Part shown: positions 36,813 through 46,899 of the stretch, in pieces
How positions within the stretch are numbered: the stretch's first letter is position 1
Layout of the letters: the number at the start of each line of letters is the position of its first letter
Assembly: GCA_012735135.1 (NCBI GenBank)
Contig: JAAYHY010000008.1
Location: forward strand, 345-64,344
From: Bacillota bacterium
GTDB lineage: Bacteria > Bacillota > UBA4882 > UBA10575
Reading direction: 5' to 3'
DNA length: 64,000 nt
The notes under the pieces: generated by a model
The model's database searches: none
Seen by the model: only the letters and a program-made list of their open reading frames with translations
What the model was told of the DNA's origin: nothing
Position numbers and translations under genes: made by a program

Positions 36813-37832
36813 TTGGTGAGTACGAAAAAAACAGCTGTTGTTTGCTTCTTAGTGGTAGCGGTCGTCTTATTGCTTTTATACACTCTGGTGGCGCTCCGCA
36901 TTATTGACGAGTATACCAGCCAGGTCTTAACCGTTGCCGGGATCAATGTGATTATCGCTTTAGGGTTGAATTTGATCTCCGGTTTTACTGGTCAGTTAGC
37001 GCTGGGGCATGCCGGTTTTATGGCCGTGGGGGCTTATACCACCGCAGCGTTGGTCATGAAGTTAAACGTTCCCATCTTTCCGGCGATGCTGGGCGGAGCG
37101 CTCATGGCGGCGCTTTTCGGTTTTTTAATTGGGCTTCCCACTTTAAGGCTACGCGGTGACTATTTGGCCATTGTTACTTTGGGCTTTGGCGAGATCATCA
37201 GGGTTGTCATGATTAACCTCCCCAAACTGACCGGCGGTCCGGCCGGTTTAAAGGGGATTCCCACTTTTACCACTAACTTTTTTTGGCGTCCTGTCCTCTC
37301 TTTTGCCATGGTCTATTTTACTTTGGCTCTGGTCGTTGTCTTCCTCAGCAACTTATTAAAGTCTTCCCACGGGAAGGCGATTATTTCCATCCGGGAAGAC
37401 GAGATTGCGGCCAACGCGATGGGGATTAATGTTTTTTATTATAAAATTTTTGCCTTCACTCTTTCCGCCTTTATTGGTGGGTTGGGCGGCGCGCTTTACG
37501 CTCCCTTCTTTGGTTACCTGAGTCCCAATATGTTTAACTTCCAAAAATCCGTTGAATTCTTGATCATTGTCGTTTTAGGCGGGATGGGGAACCTGACGGG
37601 TACGGTCCTGGCGGGGATCGGTCTCACTTATTTACAGGAAATCCTGCGTTTTCTCAAAGATTATCGTTTGGTGATTTATCCGGTAATCTTAATTATCGTG
37701 ATGATTTTCCAACCTTCCGGCGTTATGGGTTTATTTGGTAACCGGGAATTTTCCTTGACTGCAATAATTAACAAGTTGATCGGTAAGTCTCCAAACCGGG
37801 AGAAATCTGCAGATAAGGCGGGTGAAGTCTGA
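36813..37832 (+). CDS. livM: Branched-chain amino acid ABC transporter permease (LivM type)
   Basis: GQ.SLGHA.F...GAY, LRGDYLAI.TLGF.EI. Multi-TM. Confidence 0.9.
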   Translation: MVSTKKTAVVCFLVVAVVLLLLYTLVALRIIDEYTSQVLTVAGINVIIALGLNLISGFTGQLALGHAGFMAVGAYTTAALVMKLNVPIFPAMLGGALMAALFGFLIGLPTLRLRGDYLAIVTLGFGEIIRVVMINLPKLTGGPAGLKGIPTFTTNFFWRPVLSFAMVYFTLALVVVFLSNLLKSSHGKAIISIREDEIAANAMGINVFYYKIFAFTLSAFIGGLGGALYAPFFGYLSPNMFNFQKSVEFLIIVVLGGMGNLTGTVLAGIGLTYLQEILRFLKDYRLVIYPVILIIVMIFQPSGVMGLFGNREFSLTAIINKLIGKSPNREKSADKAGEV

Positions 37833-38623
37833 TGACCGTCTTAAAAACCGAAAATATTTCGATTCAGTTCGGCGGTTTAATGGCTGTTTCCAATTTGAGT
37901 CTCGAAGTAAACCAAGGCGAGCTGGTCGGTTTAATTGGTCCCAACGGAGCGGGAAAGACCACGATCTTTAATATGCTGACCGGGGTATATAAACCAACCA
38001 ATGGCCGGATTCTGATTAAAGACCGTAATGACCGGTTACAAGATATCGGACGGCTCCACCCTTACCAGATTACCGCTTTGGGGATGGCCCGGACCTTCCA
38101 AAATATCAGGCTCTTTAAAAACCTGACTGTTTTGGATAATGTGCGGATTGCCAACCACCTTAATGTGGAATACAACACCATTGAAGCGGTTTTAAGGTTG
38201 CCCAGGTATGAGCGGGAAGAAAAACGCATCAAAGAGCAGAGCATGGAGCTGCTCCGGATCTTCAATATTGAGCAAAAAAGCGACGAATTGGCGAAAAACT
38301 TACCCTATGGCGAACAACGGAAACTGGAGATCGTTCGGGCGTTAGCCACCAGACTCCATATTTTACTCCTGGATGAACCGGCCGCCGGGATGAACCCCCA
38401 GGAAACCCTGGAGTTAATGGATTTGATCAAATATATTAGGGACCGGTTTAAGCTCACCATTTTGCTCATTGAACATGATATGAAATTGGTGATGGGGATC
38501 TGCCAACGGATCTTCGTCTTGGATTATGGCCGGCTGATCGCCCGGGGCACCCCGGAGGAGATTGCCCATAACCCGCTGGTGATCAAAGCCTACCTGGGGA
38601 AGGAGATGGAGAATGATGCTTAA
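37832..38623 (+). CDS. livG: Branched-chain amino acid ABC transporter ATP-binding protein (LivG type)
   Basis: Walker A GPNGAGKTT, an LPYG.QR.LEI signature, Walker B LLLDEPAAG, and the BCA C-terminal motif. Confidence 0.92.
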   Translation: MTVLKTENISIQFGGLMAVSNLSLEVNQGELVGLIGPNGAGKTTIFNMLTGVYKPTNGRILIKDRNDRLQDIGRLHPYQITALGMARTFQNIRLFKNLTVLDNVRIANHLNVEYNTIEAVLRLPRYEREEKRIKEQSMELLRIFNIEQKSDELAKNLPYGEQRKLEIVRALATRLHILLLDEPAAGMNPQETLELMDLIKYIRDRFKLTILLIEHDMKLVMGICQRIFVLDYGRLIARGTPEEIAHNPLVIKAYLGKEMENDA

Positions 38624-39320
38624 GGTTGAGAACCTTGATGTCTATTATGGAAATATCCATGCCCTTCATGCGGTTAGTTTTGAGGTCAAGGAAGGGGAGA
38701 TCGTGACGCTTATTGGCGCCAACGGTGCGGGTAAAACCACGACTCTCCATGCCATCTCCGGGCTGATTCCCATCGCCGCGGGGAGTGTGCGGTTCCTGGA
38801 TCAGGATCTCACCTCCCTTACCCCCCATAAGATCGTGGAATTAGGTTTGACCCAGGTGCCGGAAGGAAGAAGGATTTTTGCCAATCTTACCGTAAAAGAA
38901 AACTTGGAGATGGGGGCTTTCACCCGGAAGGATCGCAAAGGCGTCAACGACGATTATGAACGGATTTTTACGCGTTTCCCCCGTTTGAAGGAACGGCTGA
39001 AGCAGGTGGCCGGTACGCTGAGCGGAGGAGAGCAGCAGATGTTGGCCATCGCGCGGACTTTGATGTCCCGGCCTAAATTGGTTCTGATGGATGAGCCGTC
39101 GATGGGATTAGCCCCCTTACTGGTGAAGGAGATCTTTGACATCATTAAGGAGATCAATGCGACAGGCACTACAATCTTGCTGGTGGAGCAAAACGCCCAA
39201 CTGGCCCTTACCATTGCCGACCGGGCATATGTGCTGGAGACCGGGCGGGTGGTTTTACAGGGTGACGCTAAGGAACTGGCCAACAGTGAAGAGGTGCGGA
39301 AGGCATATTTAGGGGGATAA
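38613..39320 (+). CDS. livF: Branched-chain amino acid ABC transporter ATP-binding protein (LivF type)
   Basis: Walker A GANGAGKTT, LSGGEQQMLAI, and Walker B LMDEPS.GL. Confidence 0.92.
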   Translation: MMLKVENLDVYYGNIHALHAVSFEVKEGEIVTLIGANGAGKTTTLHAISGLIPIAAGSVRFLDQDLTSLTPHKIVELGLTQVPEGRRIFANLTVKENLEMGAFTRKDRKGVNDDYERIFTRFPRLKERLKQVAGTLSGGEQQMLAIARTLMSRPKLVLMDEPSMGLAPLLVKEIFDIIKEINATGTTILLVEQNAQLALTIADRAYVLETGRVVLQGDAKELANSEEVRKAYLGG

Positions 39321-39324
39321 GAAA

Positions 39325-39406
39325 GTCGCCCGCGCCGGCTTCCGCCAGGATAACGAAGTGATGTAAAGTTAAAGCCGGGTGCGTCGACTAGCGTCGAAGA
39401 CATTTC
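39325..39406 (+). repeat. Conserved structured intergenic element, copy 3 (starts 5 nt after the livF stop, 5' of the CBS-ACT gene)
   Basis: Same block structure as 30020-30103. 39325-41 pairs with 39372-88. See findings. Confidence 0.5.
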
Positions 39407-39517
39407 TAAATAGCGGAAAACACCATTTGGCCCGGCGGGAAGAATGCAACTCAAAGCGGCGTGAGGCGTAATTCTTGTGAAAACTCTGATCAAAAAAGAC
39501 GAATGGAGGGAAGAAAG

Positions 39518-40147
39518 ATGTATGTGCGTAGCCGGATGACGGTCAATCCTTTTACGGTCTCCCCGGACACCACGATCGCCGATGCTTTGGAATTAATGCG
39601 GGAGAAAAAAATTAACCGGGTTCCTGTGGTGAAAGACGGAAAGCTGGTGGGGATTATTACCGAACGGAAGTTAATGGAGGTCTCCCCTTCCTCAGCAACT
39701 TCCCTTAGTATTTTCGAGATCAACTATTTACTCTCCAAGACAAAGGTGGAAGAGGTGATGACCAAGAAAGTGGTCACCGTTTCCCCTGACGATCTTTTGG
39801 AAGTAGCGGCTTTAAAGATGAGAGATAATAGCGTCGGTGGGCTTCCGGTGGTGGAAAACGGCAAGGTTGTCGGGATTATCACCGAATCCAATATCTTTGA
39901 CGCATTTATTGAAATTATGGGTTTCCGGGAGCATGGCAGCCGGATCTCCATTTTGATCCAGGAAGACCGGCCGGGGGTTTTGGCGGAGTTGGCCAAGACC
40001 ATAGCCGAATGCAATGTAAACATTACCCATTTGGCCATCTACCATGGGGAAATTGTCCTGCGGGTTGATACCCGCAAGCCCGAGGAGCTTACCGAGCGCT
40101 TAAAGGAGAAAGGTTTCCGGATTACTTCGGTGACCATCACCGACTAG
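39518..40147 (+). CDS. CBS-pair plus ACT domain protein (AcuB-like)
   Basis: Two CBS motifs (..MT.NP.TV.PD.T...A...M.E..I...PV...GKLVGIITE) and a C-terminal ACT-like segment (R.SILI.EDRPGVLAELA..IA). ATG 39518 has a GGAGGG SD. Confidence 0.8.
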   Translation: MYVRSRMTVNPFTVSPDTTIADALELMREKKINRVPVVKDGKLVGIITERKLMEVSPSSATSLSIFEINYLLSKTKVEEVMTKKVVTVSPDDLLEVAALKMRDNSVGGLPVVENGKVVGIITESNIFDAFIEIMGFREHGSRISILIQEDRPGVLAELAKTIAECNVNITHLAIYHGEIVLRVDTRKPEELTERLKEKGFRITSVTITD

Positions 40148-40269
40148 CCAGTTATTTCAGAACAAAGCAGTACGGTATTTTCGCCAGCCGCTTATAGAAG
40201 GCTGGGTTATACTCCGGTCATCATGTCGGTTGAACCCGCCATAGGTTTTACAATTATACCCGGAATAAA

Positions 40270-40298
40270 AGGCCAACATGTCTGTTGGCCTAATTTTA
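40270..40298. terminator. Bidirectional terminator between the convergent CBS-ACT and degV-family genes
   Basis: AGGCCAACA-TGTC-TGTTGGCCT, flanked by an A-run on the 5' side and a T-run on the 3' side. Confidence 0.7.
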
Positions 40299-40340
40299 TT
40301 ATATGCTCTGGTTTGGGAGAAAAGGATTAGTACTTGTCCT

Positions 40341-41183
40341 TCAAGATAATAAAAGCGCCGCCCCGACCGTGCCCGGTCCCGTATGGACGCCAATGACCGG
40401 CCCTACTTGGGCGAAAGCGGAGGCTTGCTGCTGAAAGGCGGCTTCCAAAAGGCTCTTTAATTGCATTCCCGCTTGTTGGGCGGCGCCGTGGGCGATAAAG
40501 AGGAGAGACGGCTTGCGACCGGCGGCCAACTCCTGAAAGGCCTGGACCATGCCTTTCAGGGCCCGTTCATGACTCCGCGCAATCCCCTGTAAAACATAGA
40601 CCCCTTCGGCATTGACCCGGATGATCGGTTTCACTTTCAAGAGGGACCCCAGAAGGTTCGGGACTTTGCCAATCCGGCCCCCTTTATGGAGGTACTCTAA
40701 GGTATCAAGGGTAAAAAGGGTAACGATTTTTTCCCTGATCCTCTTAAGCTCTTTGCAGATCTGGGTGAGCGGGAGTCCTTCCGCAATCAAACGGGCCGCT
40801 TCTCTAATTAGGAGGCCAACCCCCAGACTGATGTTTTTTGAATCAAAAACCTCAATTTCCTGTTGGAATTGGGCTTTGGCGAGGGCGGCCGCGTTTAAGG
40901 TGCCGCTTAAGGCGGAGGAGAGATGGATCGAGAGGATGGCGTCATGATCCGTCAACAACTCTTGGTAAACCCGGCGAAACTCTTCCGGTGACGGCTGAGA
41001 GGTTTGGGGCAAACTTTTTTCCTCAGCCAAGCGCCGGTAAAACTCTTCCGGCGTTAGTTCACCATCGAGAAACTCTTTCTCGCCAAACCTGACCTTTAAG
41101 GGGATGGTGTATACCTTAAACTCTTTTTTCATTTCCGCGGTCAAGTCGGCGGTACTGTCCGTCACTAAAGCAATTCTTTTCAA
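40341..41183 (-). CDS. DegV-family fatty-acid-binding protein
   Basis: IA.VTDS.ADL, TSQPSP..F and H.S..LSGT motifs. TTG start with a GGAGG SD. Confidence 0.9.
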   Translation of the reverse strand: MKRIALVTDSTADLTAEMKKEFKVYTIPLKVRFGEKEFLDGELTPEEFYRRLAEEKSLPQTSQPSPEEFRRVYQELLTDHDAILSIHLSSALSGTLNAAALAKAQFQQEIEVFDSKNISLGVGLLIREAARLIAEGLPLTQICKELKRIREKIVTLFTLDTLEYLHKGGRIGKVPNLLGSLLKVKPIIRVNAEGVYVLQGIARSHERALKGMVQAFQELAAGRKPSLLFIAHGAAQQAGMQLKSLLEAAFQQQASAFAQVGPVIGVHTGPGTVGAALLLS

Positions 41184-41424
41184 TCGTTGGCCTCCTTGTT
41201 TCCGGCTGAGATTAGGTTAACCAGCTAAGCTAAGGCGGTAATTACACTGCTCTTGTTTTAATTTAATTTCTGAAGGCGGGTTAGCACTCTGATCCGGAAG
41301 GTTTTCTTTTTAGACGTAAAACGGGGGGAATCGTTACATCTAAACAGTTAACTTTTCGAAAAAACGCGCCCGGGGACGAACAAGGAACACCGACGAAAAC
41401 CTCCGGAGACTCGTGAAAAAGCCC

Positions 41425-41453
41425 TTGACTTTTCCGGCTTCTATCTTTATACT
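41425..41453 (+). promoter_or_regulatory. Candidate sigma-A promoter for ylxM-ffh
   Basis: TTGACT (41425-30), a 17-nt spacer, then TATACT (41448-53). Confidence 0.55.
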
Positions 41454-41500
41454 AATCAGGTGTAAAGTAAATATACTTGTCAGCAAGGGGGCTCATCAGC

Positions 41501-41923
41501 ATGGACGATATAGTACGGATGGGCCTACTCTATGATTTTTATGGAGGTTTATTAACCCCGAAACAACAGAGGGTCTTTGGTTACTATTATCTGGAAAACC
41601 TTTCTTTGGCGGAGATTGCGGAGGAAGAAGGCACTACCAGGCAAGCGGTGCATGACCTTTTACAACGGACCGAAAAGTTGTTGGAGGGTTGGGAGAGTAA
41701 ATTAGGTTTAGTCGCCCGCTATTTAGAAGAGTTGGAAGCGGTCAAAGAAGTGGAAGAAGCGGTGCGGGAATTAAACCGTCTGCAGCCGATGGATGAACGG
41801 GTGGCTGCGGGCTTGACCCGGGTACGGGCGGCTTTGTCCCGGTTGCTCTCCATTTTGGAACTGGAGACGGAAGAGGAGCAAGGAAGCAAGTTCCGGGAGA
41901 CACGGGTTAATACCGGAAACTAA
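41501..41923 (+). CDS. ylxM: YlxM/UPF0122 putative DNA-binding (sigma-70 region 4-like) protein
   Basis: LYDFYG.LLT.KQ...F..YY.E.LSL.EIAEE.G.(T/S)RQAV.D. It lies immediately upstream of ffh as in Bacillus. It has a longer C-terminal tail than usual. Confidence 0.8.
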   Translation: MDDIVRMGLLYDFYGGLLTPKQQRVFGYYYLENLSLAEIAEEEGTTRQAVHDLLQRTEKLLEGWESKLGLVARYLEELEAVKEVEEAVRELNRLQPMDERVAAGLTRVRAALSRLLSILELETEEEQGSKFRETRVNTGN

Positions 41924-41936
41924 GGGAGCGGAAGAG

Positions 41937-43262
41937 ATGGTTTTTTCGGCGCTATCGGAAAAACTCCAGGAGACTTTCCGCCGTCTGCGTGGAAAGGGAA
42001 AACTGGGCGAAAAAGATGTGGATGAGGCCTTGCGCGAGGTTAAACTGGCGCTTTTAGAAGCCGATGTGAACTTCCGGGTGGTCCGGAATTTTATCAACCG
42101 GGTCCGGGAAAGAGCGATCGGGCAGGAAGTTTTAAACAGTTTAACCCCCGGCCAGATGGTGATCAAGATTGTCCACCAGGAATTGACGAAGATGATGGGG
42201 GAGAAGGCGGAAAAGCTAAAAGTTAGCGACCGGCCACCCACCGTATATTTACTTGCCGGTCTGCAAGGGGCCGGCAAGACGACGACCGCCGGTAAACTGG
42301 GCGGATTTCTTAAGAAACAGGGACGGCGTCCGCTTTTAGTGGCGGCGGATATCTACCGTCCCGCGGCCGTCAAGCAACTGGAAGTACTTGGCCGGCAGCT
42401 GGATTTGCCGGTATACAGCGATCCCGGCCGGGACCCGGTAACCATCGCCGGCCAGGGCGTGGAAAAAGCCCGGCAAACCCAGCGGGATGTCGTGATCGTG
42501 GATACCGCCGGCCGGCTCCATGTGGATGAAGAGTTGATGGGAGAATTGTCCGCGATTAAAAAGGCGGTGAATCCGGAGGAGATCCTCCTGGTGGTTGATG
42601 CGATGACCGGCCAGGATGCGGTTAACGTAGCCCAGAAATTCCATGAACAACTGGCACTGACCGGATTGATCTTAACAAAGCTGGATAGTGACACGAGGGG
42701 GGGCGCCGCCCTGTCGATCCGGGAGATGACCGGTTGCCCCATTAAGTTTATTGGTAGTGGCGAGAAGCTGGACGGGATTGAGGTTTTCCACCCGGAGCGG
42801 TTGGCTTCCCGGATTCTAGGGATGGGTGATGTTTTAACGCTGATCGAAAAAGCCGAGGCCAGTGTCGAAGCTGAACAGGCGAAGGCCCTGATGAGAAAGG
42901 TCCAAAAGGATGAGTTTACCTTGGAAGACTTTTTGGACCAAATGCGCCAGGTCCAGAAGATGGGGCCTTTGGATCAGCTTTTGGGTATGCTGCCGGGGGT
43001 GAAACCCAAACACCTGCAGGGGTTGGAGTTTGACGAACGAAGCATGAAGCATGTGGAAGCGATCATTCAATCGATGACCCCCGAGGAGCGGAAGATGCCT
43101 CAGATTATCAATGCCAGCCGGCGGCGGCGCATTGCCCGGGGGTCGGGCAGGACGGTTCAAGAAGTGAACCGGCTGCTCTCCCAGTTTGAACAGAGTAAAA
43201 AAATGATGAAGCAACTAGGTAAAGCCGGAAAAGGCGGGCTGCCTAAGTTACCTTTTTGGTGA
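41937..43262 (+). CDS. ffh: Signal recognition particle protein Ffh
   Basis: N/G domain (GLQG.GKTTT..KL, DTAGR, TK.D) and a Met-rich M domain. Confidence 0.97.
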   Translation: MVFSALSEKLQETFRRLRGKGKLGEKDVDEALREVKLALLEADVNFRVVRNFINRVRERAIGQEVLNSLTPGQMVIKIVHQELTKMMGEKAEKLKVSDRPPTVYLLAGLQGAGKTTTAGKLGGFLKKQGRRPLLVAADIYRPAAVKQLEVLGRQLDLPVYSDPGRDPVTIAGQGVEKARQTQRDVVIVDTAGRLHVDEELMGELSAIKKAVNPEEILLVVDAMTGQDAVNVAQKFHEQLALTGLILTKLDSDTRGGAALSIREMTGCPIKFIGSGEKLDGIEVFHPERLASRILGMGDVLTLIEKAEASVEAEQAKALMRKVQKDEFTLEDFLDQMRQVQKMGPLDQLLGMLPGVKPKHLQGLEFDERSMKHVEAIIQSMTPEERKMPQIINASRRRRIARGSGRTVQEVNRLLSQFEQSKKMMKQLGKAGKGGLPKLPFW

Positions 43263-43322
43263 GCCCACCTTGGATTATTAAATTATAGATCATTTTTGGG
43301 GAAGATGAGGAGGTGAAGGCAG

Positions 43323-43583
43323 ATGGTAAGGATCCGATTGACCCGGATGGGGGCGAAGAAACGTCCCTTCTACCGGTTTGTGGTGGCTGATTCCCGCTCT
43401 CCGCGGGACGGAAGGTTTATTGAGATTTTAGGTCATTATAATCCGATTGCCAACCCGACGGAATTAGTGGTTGATAAGGAAAAAGCCTTGTATTGGCTAG
43501 CCCAGGGGGCCCAGCCCTCAGAACCGGTGAAACGGTTGTTTAAGAAGGCCGGGGTTCTGGGTGAAGCAGCGGTCGGGGAATGA
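43323..43583 (+). CDS. rpsP: 30S ribosomal protein S16
   Basis: [27 protein letters not shown].(L/I)G.YNP. Confidence 0.97.
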   Translation: MVRIRLTRMGAKKRPFYRFVVADSRSPRDGRFIEILGHYNPIANPTELVVDKEKALYWLAQGAQPSEPVKRLFKKAGVLGEAAVGE

Positions 43584-43599
43584 AAGGATGTGAAATTCC

Positions 43600-43827
43600 T
43601 TGAAAGAATTGGTGGAGTTGCTCGCTAAAGCACTGGTCGATCATACGGATGAGGTCTATGTCCGGAAAGAGGAGACGGCCGATACGATCCTCCTGGAGAT
43701 TACGGTGAACAAAGAGGATTTAGGGAAGATTATTGGCCGGAAAGGCCGTGTGATTAAAGCGATCCGGACTTTGGTTTGGGCCTGCGCTCCCGAGAACAAG
43801 CGCGTCCTGGTGGAACTGGCGGAATGA
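43600..43827 (+). CDS. KH-domain RNA-binding protein (YlqC family)
   Basis: L...A..LVD.PD.V.V, V...D.GK.IG..GR...A.R. 75 aa, in the conserved rpsP-ylqC-rimM position. Confidence 0.85.
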   Translation: MKELVELLAKALVDHTDEVYVRKEETADTILLEITVNKEDLGKIIGRKGRVIKAIRTLVWACAPENKRVLVELAE

Positions 43828-44390
43828 AAAGGAATTGCCCCTATGATCCCTGGTCCAATCCACCGGAGGGGTTGGTTGCCGTCGGGGAGGTCTTAGGAAC
43901 GCAGGGGAACCGCGGAGAAGTGAAGGTGGCTTCTTTAACCGATCGGCCGGAACGCTGGCTGGAACTCGAGCGGGTCTTCCGTGTGGATGCCCGGGGCCCA
44001 CAGGCGCTTTTCCTGGAGAAGGTCCGTTTCTTCAAGGGACTGGTCATTGTTAAATTCCGGGGGATTGATGATATCTCCGGGGCGGAAGTTCTGCAAGGGA
44101 CGTTTTTATGGCTTCCGGAAACGGAAAGGCCTCCTTTGCCACCGGACCGGTTTTATGTCGATCAGATTATCGGGCTAAAGGTCCAAACTTTGACCGGCTG
44201 TTTTCTTGGCACCGTGGCGCAGGTCCTTTTTACCGGGGGAAATGATGTTTATGTCTTGCGGGGCGGTACCTACGGGGAGCTTCTGCTTCCAGCCTTAAAA
44301 TCCGTGGTCCGTTCCGTGGACTTGGCGAGTGGGATTATGCGGGTGGAGTTGCCACCCGGACTGATCGATGAGGAAACAGAAAGATGTTGA
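43824..44390 (+). CDS. rimM: 16S rRNA processing protein RimM
   Basis: VG...G..G..GE.KV...TD and a PRC-barrel C-terminus. ATG 43824 overlaps the upstream stop (ATGA); the track start at 43776 is too long. Confidence 0.9.
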   Translation: MKRNCPYDPWSNPPEGLVAVGEVLGTQGNRGEVKVASLTDRPERWLELERVFRVDARGPQALFLEKVRFFKGLVIVKFRGIDDISGAEVLQGTFLWLPETERPPLPPDRFYVDQIIGLKVQTLTGCFLGTVAQVLFTGGNDVYVLRGGTYGELLLPALKSVVRSVDLASGIMRVELPPGLIDEETERC

Positions 44391-45175
44391 TCCACTTTTT
44401 AACCTTGTTTCCGGCGATGTTTGAGGGCCCCTTTGCCCATAGCATAATCAAACGTGCCCAAGACCGCGGGCTGGTAAAACTGGAATTGATCAATTTCCGC
44501 CAGTACGCCGTGGACCGGCATTTGACGGTTGATGATACTCCTTACGGGGGCGGCCCGGGGATGATCTTAAAACCGGAACCCATTTTTAAAGCCGTCGAGG
44601 AGGTTACGGCGGCGGCGGGGGTGAAGCCCTACACCATTTTGACCACGCCGCAAGGGGAAACCTTTTGCCAGGAGATTGCGGCGGAATTGAGCACCCGTCC
44701 CCATCTGCTTTTCATCTGCGGCCATTATGAAGGCTATGATGAGCGGATCAGGACCTTGGCGGATCGCGAATTGTCCATCGGGGACTATATCCTGACCGGT
44801 GGCGAGCTACCGGCCATGGTCATGGCGGAGGCGATTATCCGGCTGCTCCCCGGGGTGCTGGGCGATCCCGAGGCCATACAGCATGATTCATTTAGCGGAA
44901 AAGAAGGGATCCTCGATTATCCCCAGTATACTAAACCGGCGGAGTTTCGCGGGATGAAAGTCCCTGCGGTTCTACTGTCGGGGGATCATGGCAAAATTGC
45001 CGCGTGGCGGCGGGAGCAAGCGCTCCTCCGGACGGCGCGCCGTCGGCCGGAAATATTAGCGAAACTCAATTTAAGCAAGGAAGACCAGGCTTTTCTGGAA
45101 AATAACCGGCTTGCTTTGGAAGATGTGCAGACTGATCTCGTTGTGAAGGGAGGGAATACAGATGAACCTGATTGA
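44384..45175 (+). CDS. trmD: tRNA (guanine37-N1)-methyltransferase
   Basis: TLFP.MF.....SI..RA, DD.PYGGG.GM and GHYEG.DER motifs. Confidence 0.95.
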   Translation: MLIHFLTLFPAMFEGPFAHSIIKRAQDRGLVKLELINFRQYAVDRHLTVDDTPYGGGPGMILKPEPIFKAVEEVTAAAGVKPYTILTTPQGETFCQEIAAELSTRPHLLFICGHYEGYDERIRTLADRELSIGDYILTGGELPAMVMAEAIIRLLPGVLGDPEAIQHDSFSGKEGILDYPQYTKPAEFRGMKVPAVLLSGDHGKIAAWRREQALLRTARRRPEILAKLNLSKEDQAFLENNRLALEDVQTDLVVKGGNTDEPD

Positions 45176-45500
45176 TCTGGTGGAACAGGAACAATTAAAA
45201 AAGGATTTACCGGTCTTCGGCCCTGGCGATACGGTCCGGGTTCACCTCAAAGTGGTGGAAGGAGAACGGGAAAGGATACAGGTTTTTGAAGGCATTGTGA
45301 TTGCCCGTGCCAACGGTGGCTTAAGAGAGACCTTTACGGTAAGGAAGATTTCCGGTGGCGTAGGGGTGGAAAGGATCTTCCCCTTACATTCACCGATGAT
45401 CGCCAAGATTGAAGTGGTAAGAAGGGGCCGGGTACGAAGGGCCAAACTATATTACCTGCGTGAACGGTCCGGTAAGGCTGCCCGTATTCGAGAAAGATGA
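45162..45500 (+). CDS. rplS: 50S ribosomal protein L19
   Basis: F.PGD.V.V...V.EG.RER.Q.FEG.VIA...G....TFTVRK. Confidence 0.97.
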   Translation: MNLIDLVEQEQLKKDLPVFGPGDTVRVHLKVVEGERERIQVFEGIVIARANGGLRETFTVRKISGGVGVERIFPLHSPMIAKIEVVRRGRVRRAKLYYLRERSGKAARIRER

Positions 45501-45503
45501 GAC

Positions 45504-45545
45504 AAGGGATCACCCACTGGGTGGTCCTTTGTTTGTTCTTTTTCG
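45504..45545 (+). terminator. Rho-independent terminator after rplS
   Basis: AAGGGATCACCC / GGGTGGTCCTTT stem (two G.U pairs) followed by a T-rich tail. Confidence 0.6.
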
Positions 45546-45592
45546 CACAATCCCTTTTGGATGAAAATGGGGAAGAGAAGGAGGCATTGGCA

Positions 45593-46783
45593 ATGACAAA
45601 ACGCCGGGTCTTTTTGGTAGTTTTGGACGGAGTCGGGATTGGTGAATTGCCTGATGCCGGCCGGTATGGCGACGAAGGCAGTAACACCCTGGGGAATATT
45701 GCCGCCCAGTTAGGCGGTTTATCCGTTCCTTTTCTGACCGCCTTAGGGTTGGGGAAAATCGCACCCTTGACGGGAGTGCCGGCGGTGGAAAACCCCTGCG
45801 GGGCTTATGGCAAAATGGCGGAAGCTTCACCGGGTAAAGACACCATTACCGGACATTGGGAGATGGCCGGTGTAATCTTGGACCGCCCTTTTCCGGTCTA
45901 CCCCGACGGTTTCCCGGAGGAGTTGATCAAGGCTTTTAGCGAGGCCATCGGCCGTCCGGTTTTGGGGAATAAAGCGGCGTCCGGGACAGAGATCCTGAAG
46001 GAACTGGGGCCGGAGCATATGGCCACCGGAAAACCGATCGTTTACACTTCGGGGGATAGTGTTTTTCAGATTGCCGCCCATGAAGAAGTGATTCCCATCG
46101 ACGAGTTATACCGGATCTGTGAAATAGCTCGCCGGCTTCTCCAAGGCGAGCACCGGGTGGCACGGGTGATTGCCCGGCCTTTTCTGGGGGAACCCGGTGC
46201 TTTTACCCGGACGAAACGGCGGAAGGATTTTTCCGTGGTTCCGCCCGAGGAAACCATCCTCGACCGGCTTGTCGCCGCCGGTATTGATGTGGTGGGTGTG
46301 GGTAAAATCGAGGATATCTTCAGTGGACGGGGGTTGACCGCCAGCTACCATACGGGGGATAACATCAGCACTTTGGAGAAGCTGTTGTCTTTAGGCCAAA
46401 CCCTGGCCGGTCCGGCCTTGGTCTTTGCCAACTGTGTCGATTTTGACAGTCTATACGGCCATCGTAACGATGTCCAAGGCTTTGCCGCAGCGTTGGCCAC
46501 CGCCGATGATTACCTGGAAAAACTGGCCGCTTTGCTCCAGCCGGCAGATCTGTTGATTATCACGGCGGATCACGGCGGGGACCCGACCACCATCAGTACC
46601 GACCATTCCCGGGAGTATGTTCCCTTATTGGTTACCGGCGCCCAGGTCCGGCCCGGGACCGCCCTCGGGGTCAGGAGTTCCTTTACCGATCTGGCCGCGA
46701 CCATCGCCGATTGCTTTGGTCTCACCGGGTGGACGAAAGGAAAAAGCTTCTTCCAGGAGATGGTGGAGACGGCAGAAAAATAA
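45593..46783 (+). CDS. deoB: Phosphopentomutase
   Basis: R.FL.VLD(S/G)(V/F)GIGE..DA and ADHG.DPT motifs. ATG 45593 follows a GAAGGAGG SD; the track start at 45497 is too long. Confidence 0.92.
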   Translation: MTKRRVFLVVLDGVGIGELPDAGRYGDEGSNTLGNIAAQLGGLSVPFLTALGLGKIAPLTGVPAVENPCGAYGKMAEASPGKDTITGHWEMAGVILDRPFPVYPDGFPEELIKAFSEAIGRPVLGNKAASGTEILKELGPEHMATGKPIVYTSGDSVFQIAAHEEVIPIDELYRICEIARRLLQGEHRVARVIARPFLGEPGAFTRTKRRKDFSVVPPEETILDRLVAAGIDVVGVGKIEDIFSGRGLTASYHTGDNISTLEKLLSLGQTLAGPALVFANCVDFDSLYGHRNDVQGFAAALATADDYLEKLAALLQPADLLIITADHGGDPTTISTDHSREYVPLLVTGAQVRPGTALGVRSSFTDLAATIADCFGLTGWTKGKSFFQEMVETAEK

Positions 46784-46899
46784 AGGCTTCCACGAGAGGG
46801 TTTAATGGCGTAAACAAGAATAGTTAGTATGAGTGATGAAGGTAAAGATGATGATGGGCGGTTTTATCGTGAGGGACGAGTTATGTAGGGGGTGACGGG

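Noticed and set aside
46786-46890. A possible fourth, degenerate copy of the conserved hairpin element in the deoB-pdp spacer. It contains GGCTTCC, GAGTGATGAAGG and AAGATGATGATGG.
   Set aside because: It lacks block A upstream of GGCTTCC, lacks the AAAGCCGGGTG.GTCGA block, and therefore lacks the long A/C helix. The similarity is limited to short strings that could be chance.
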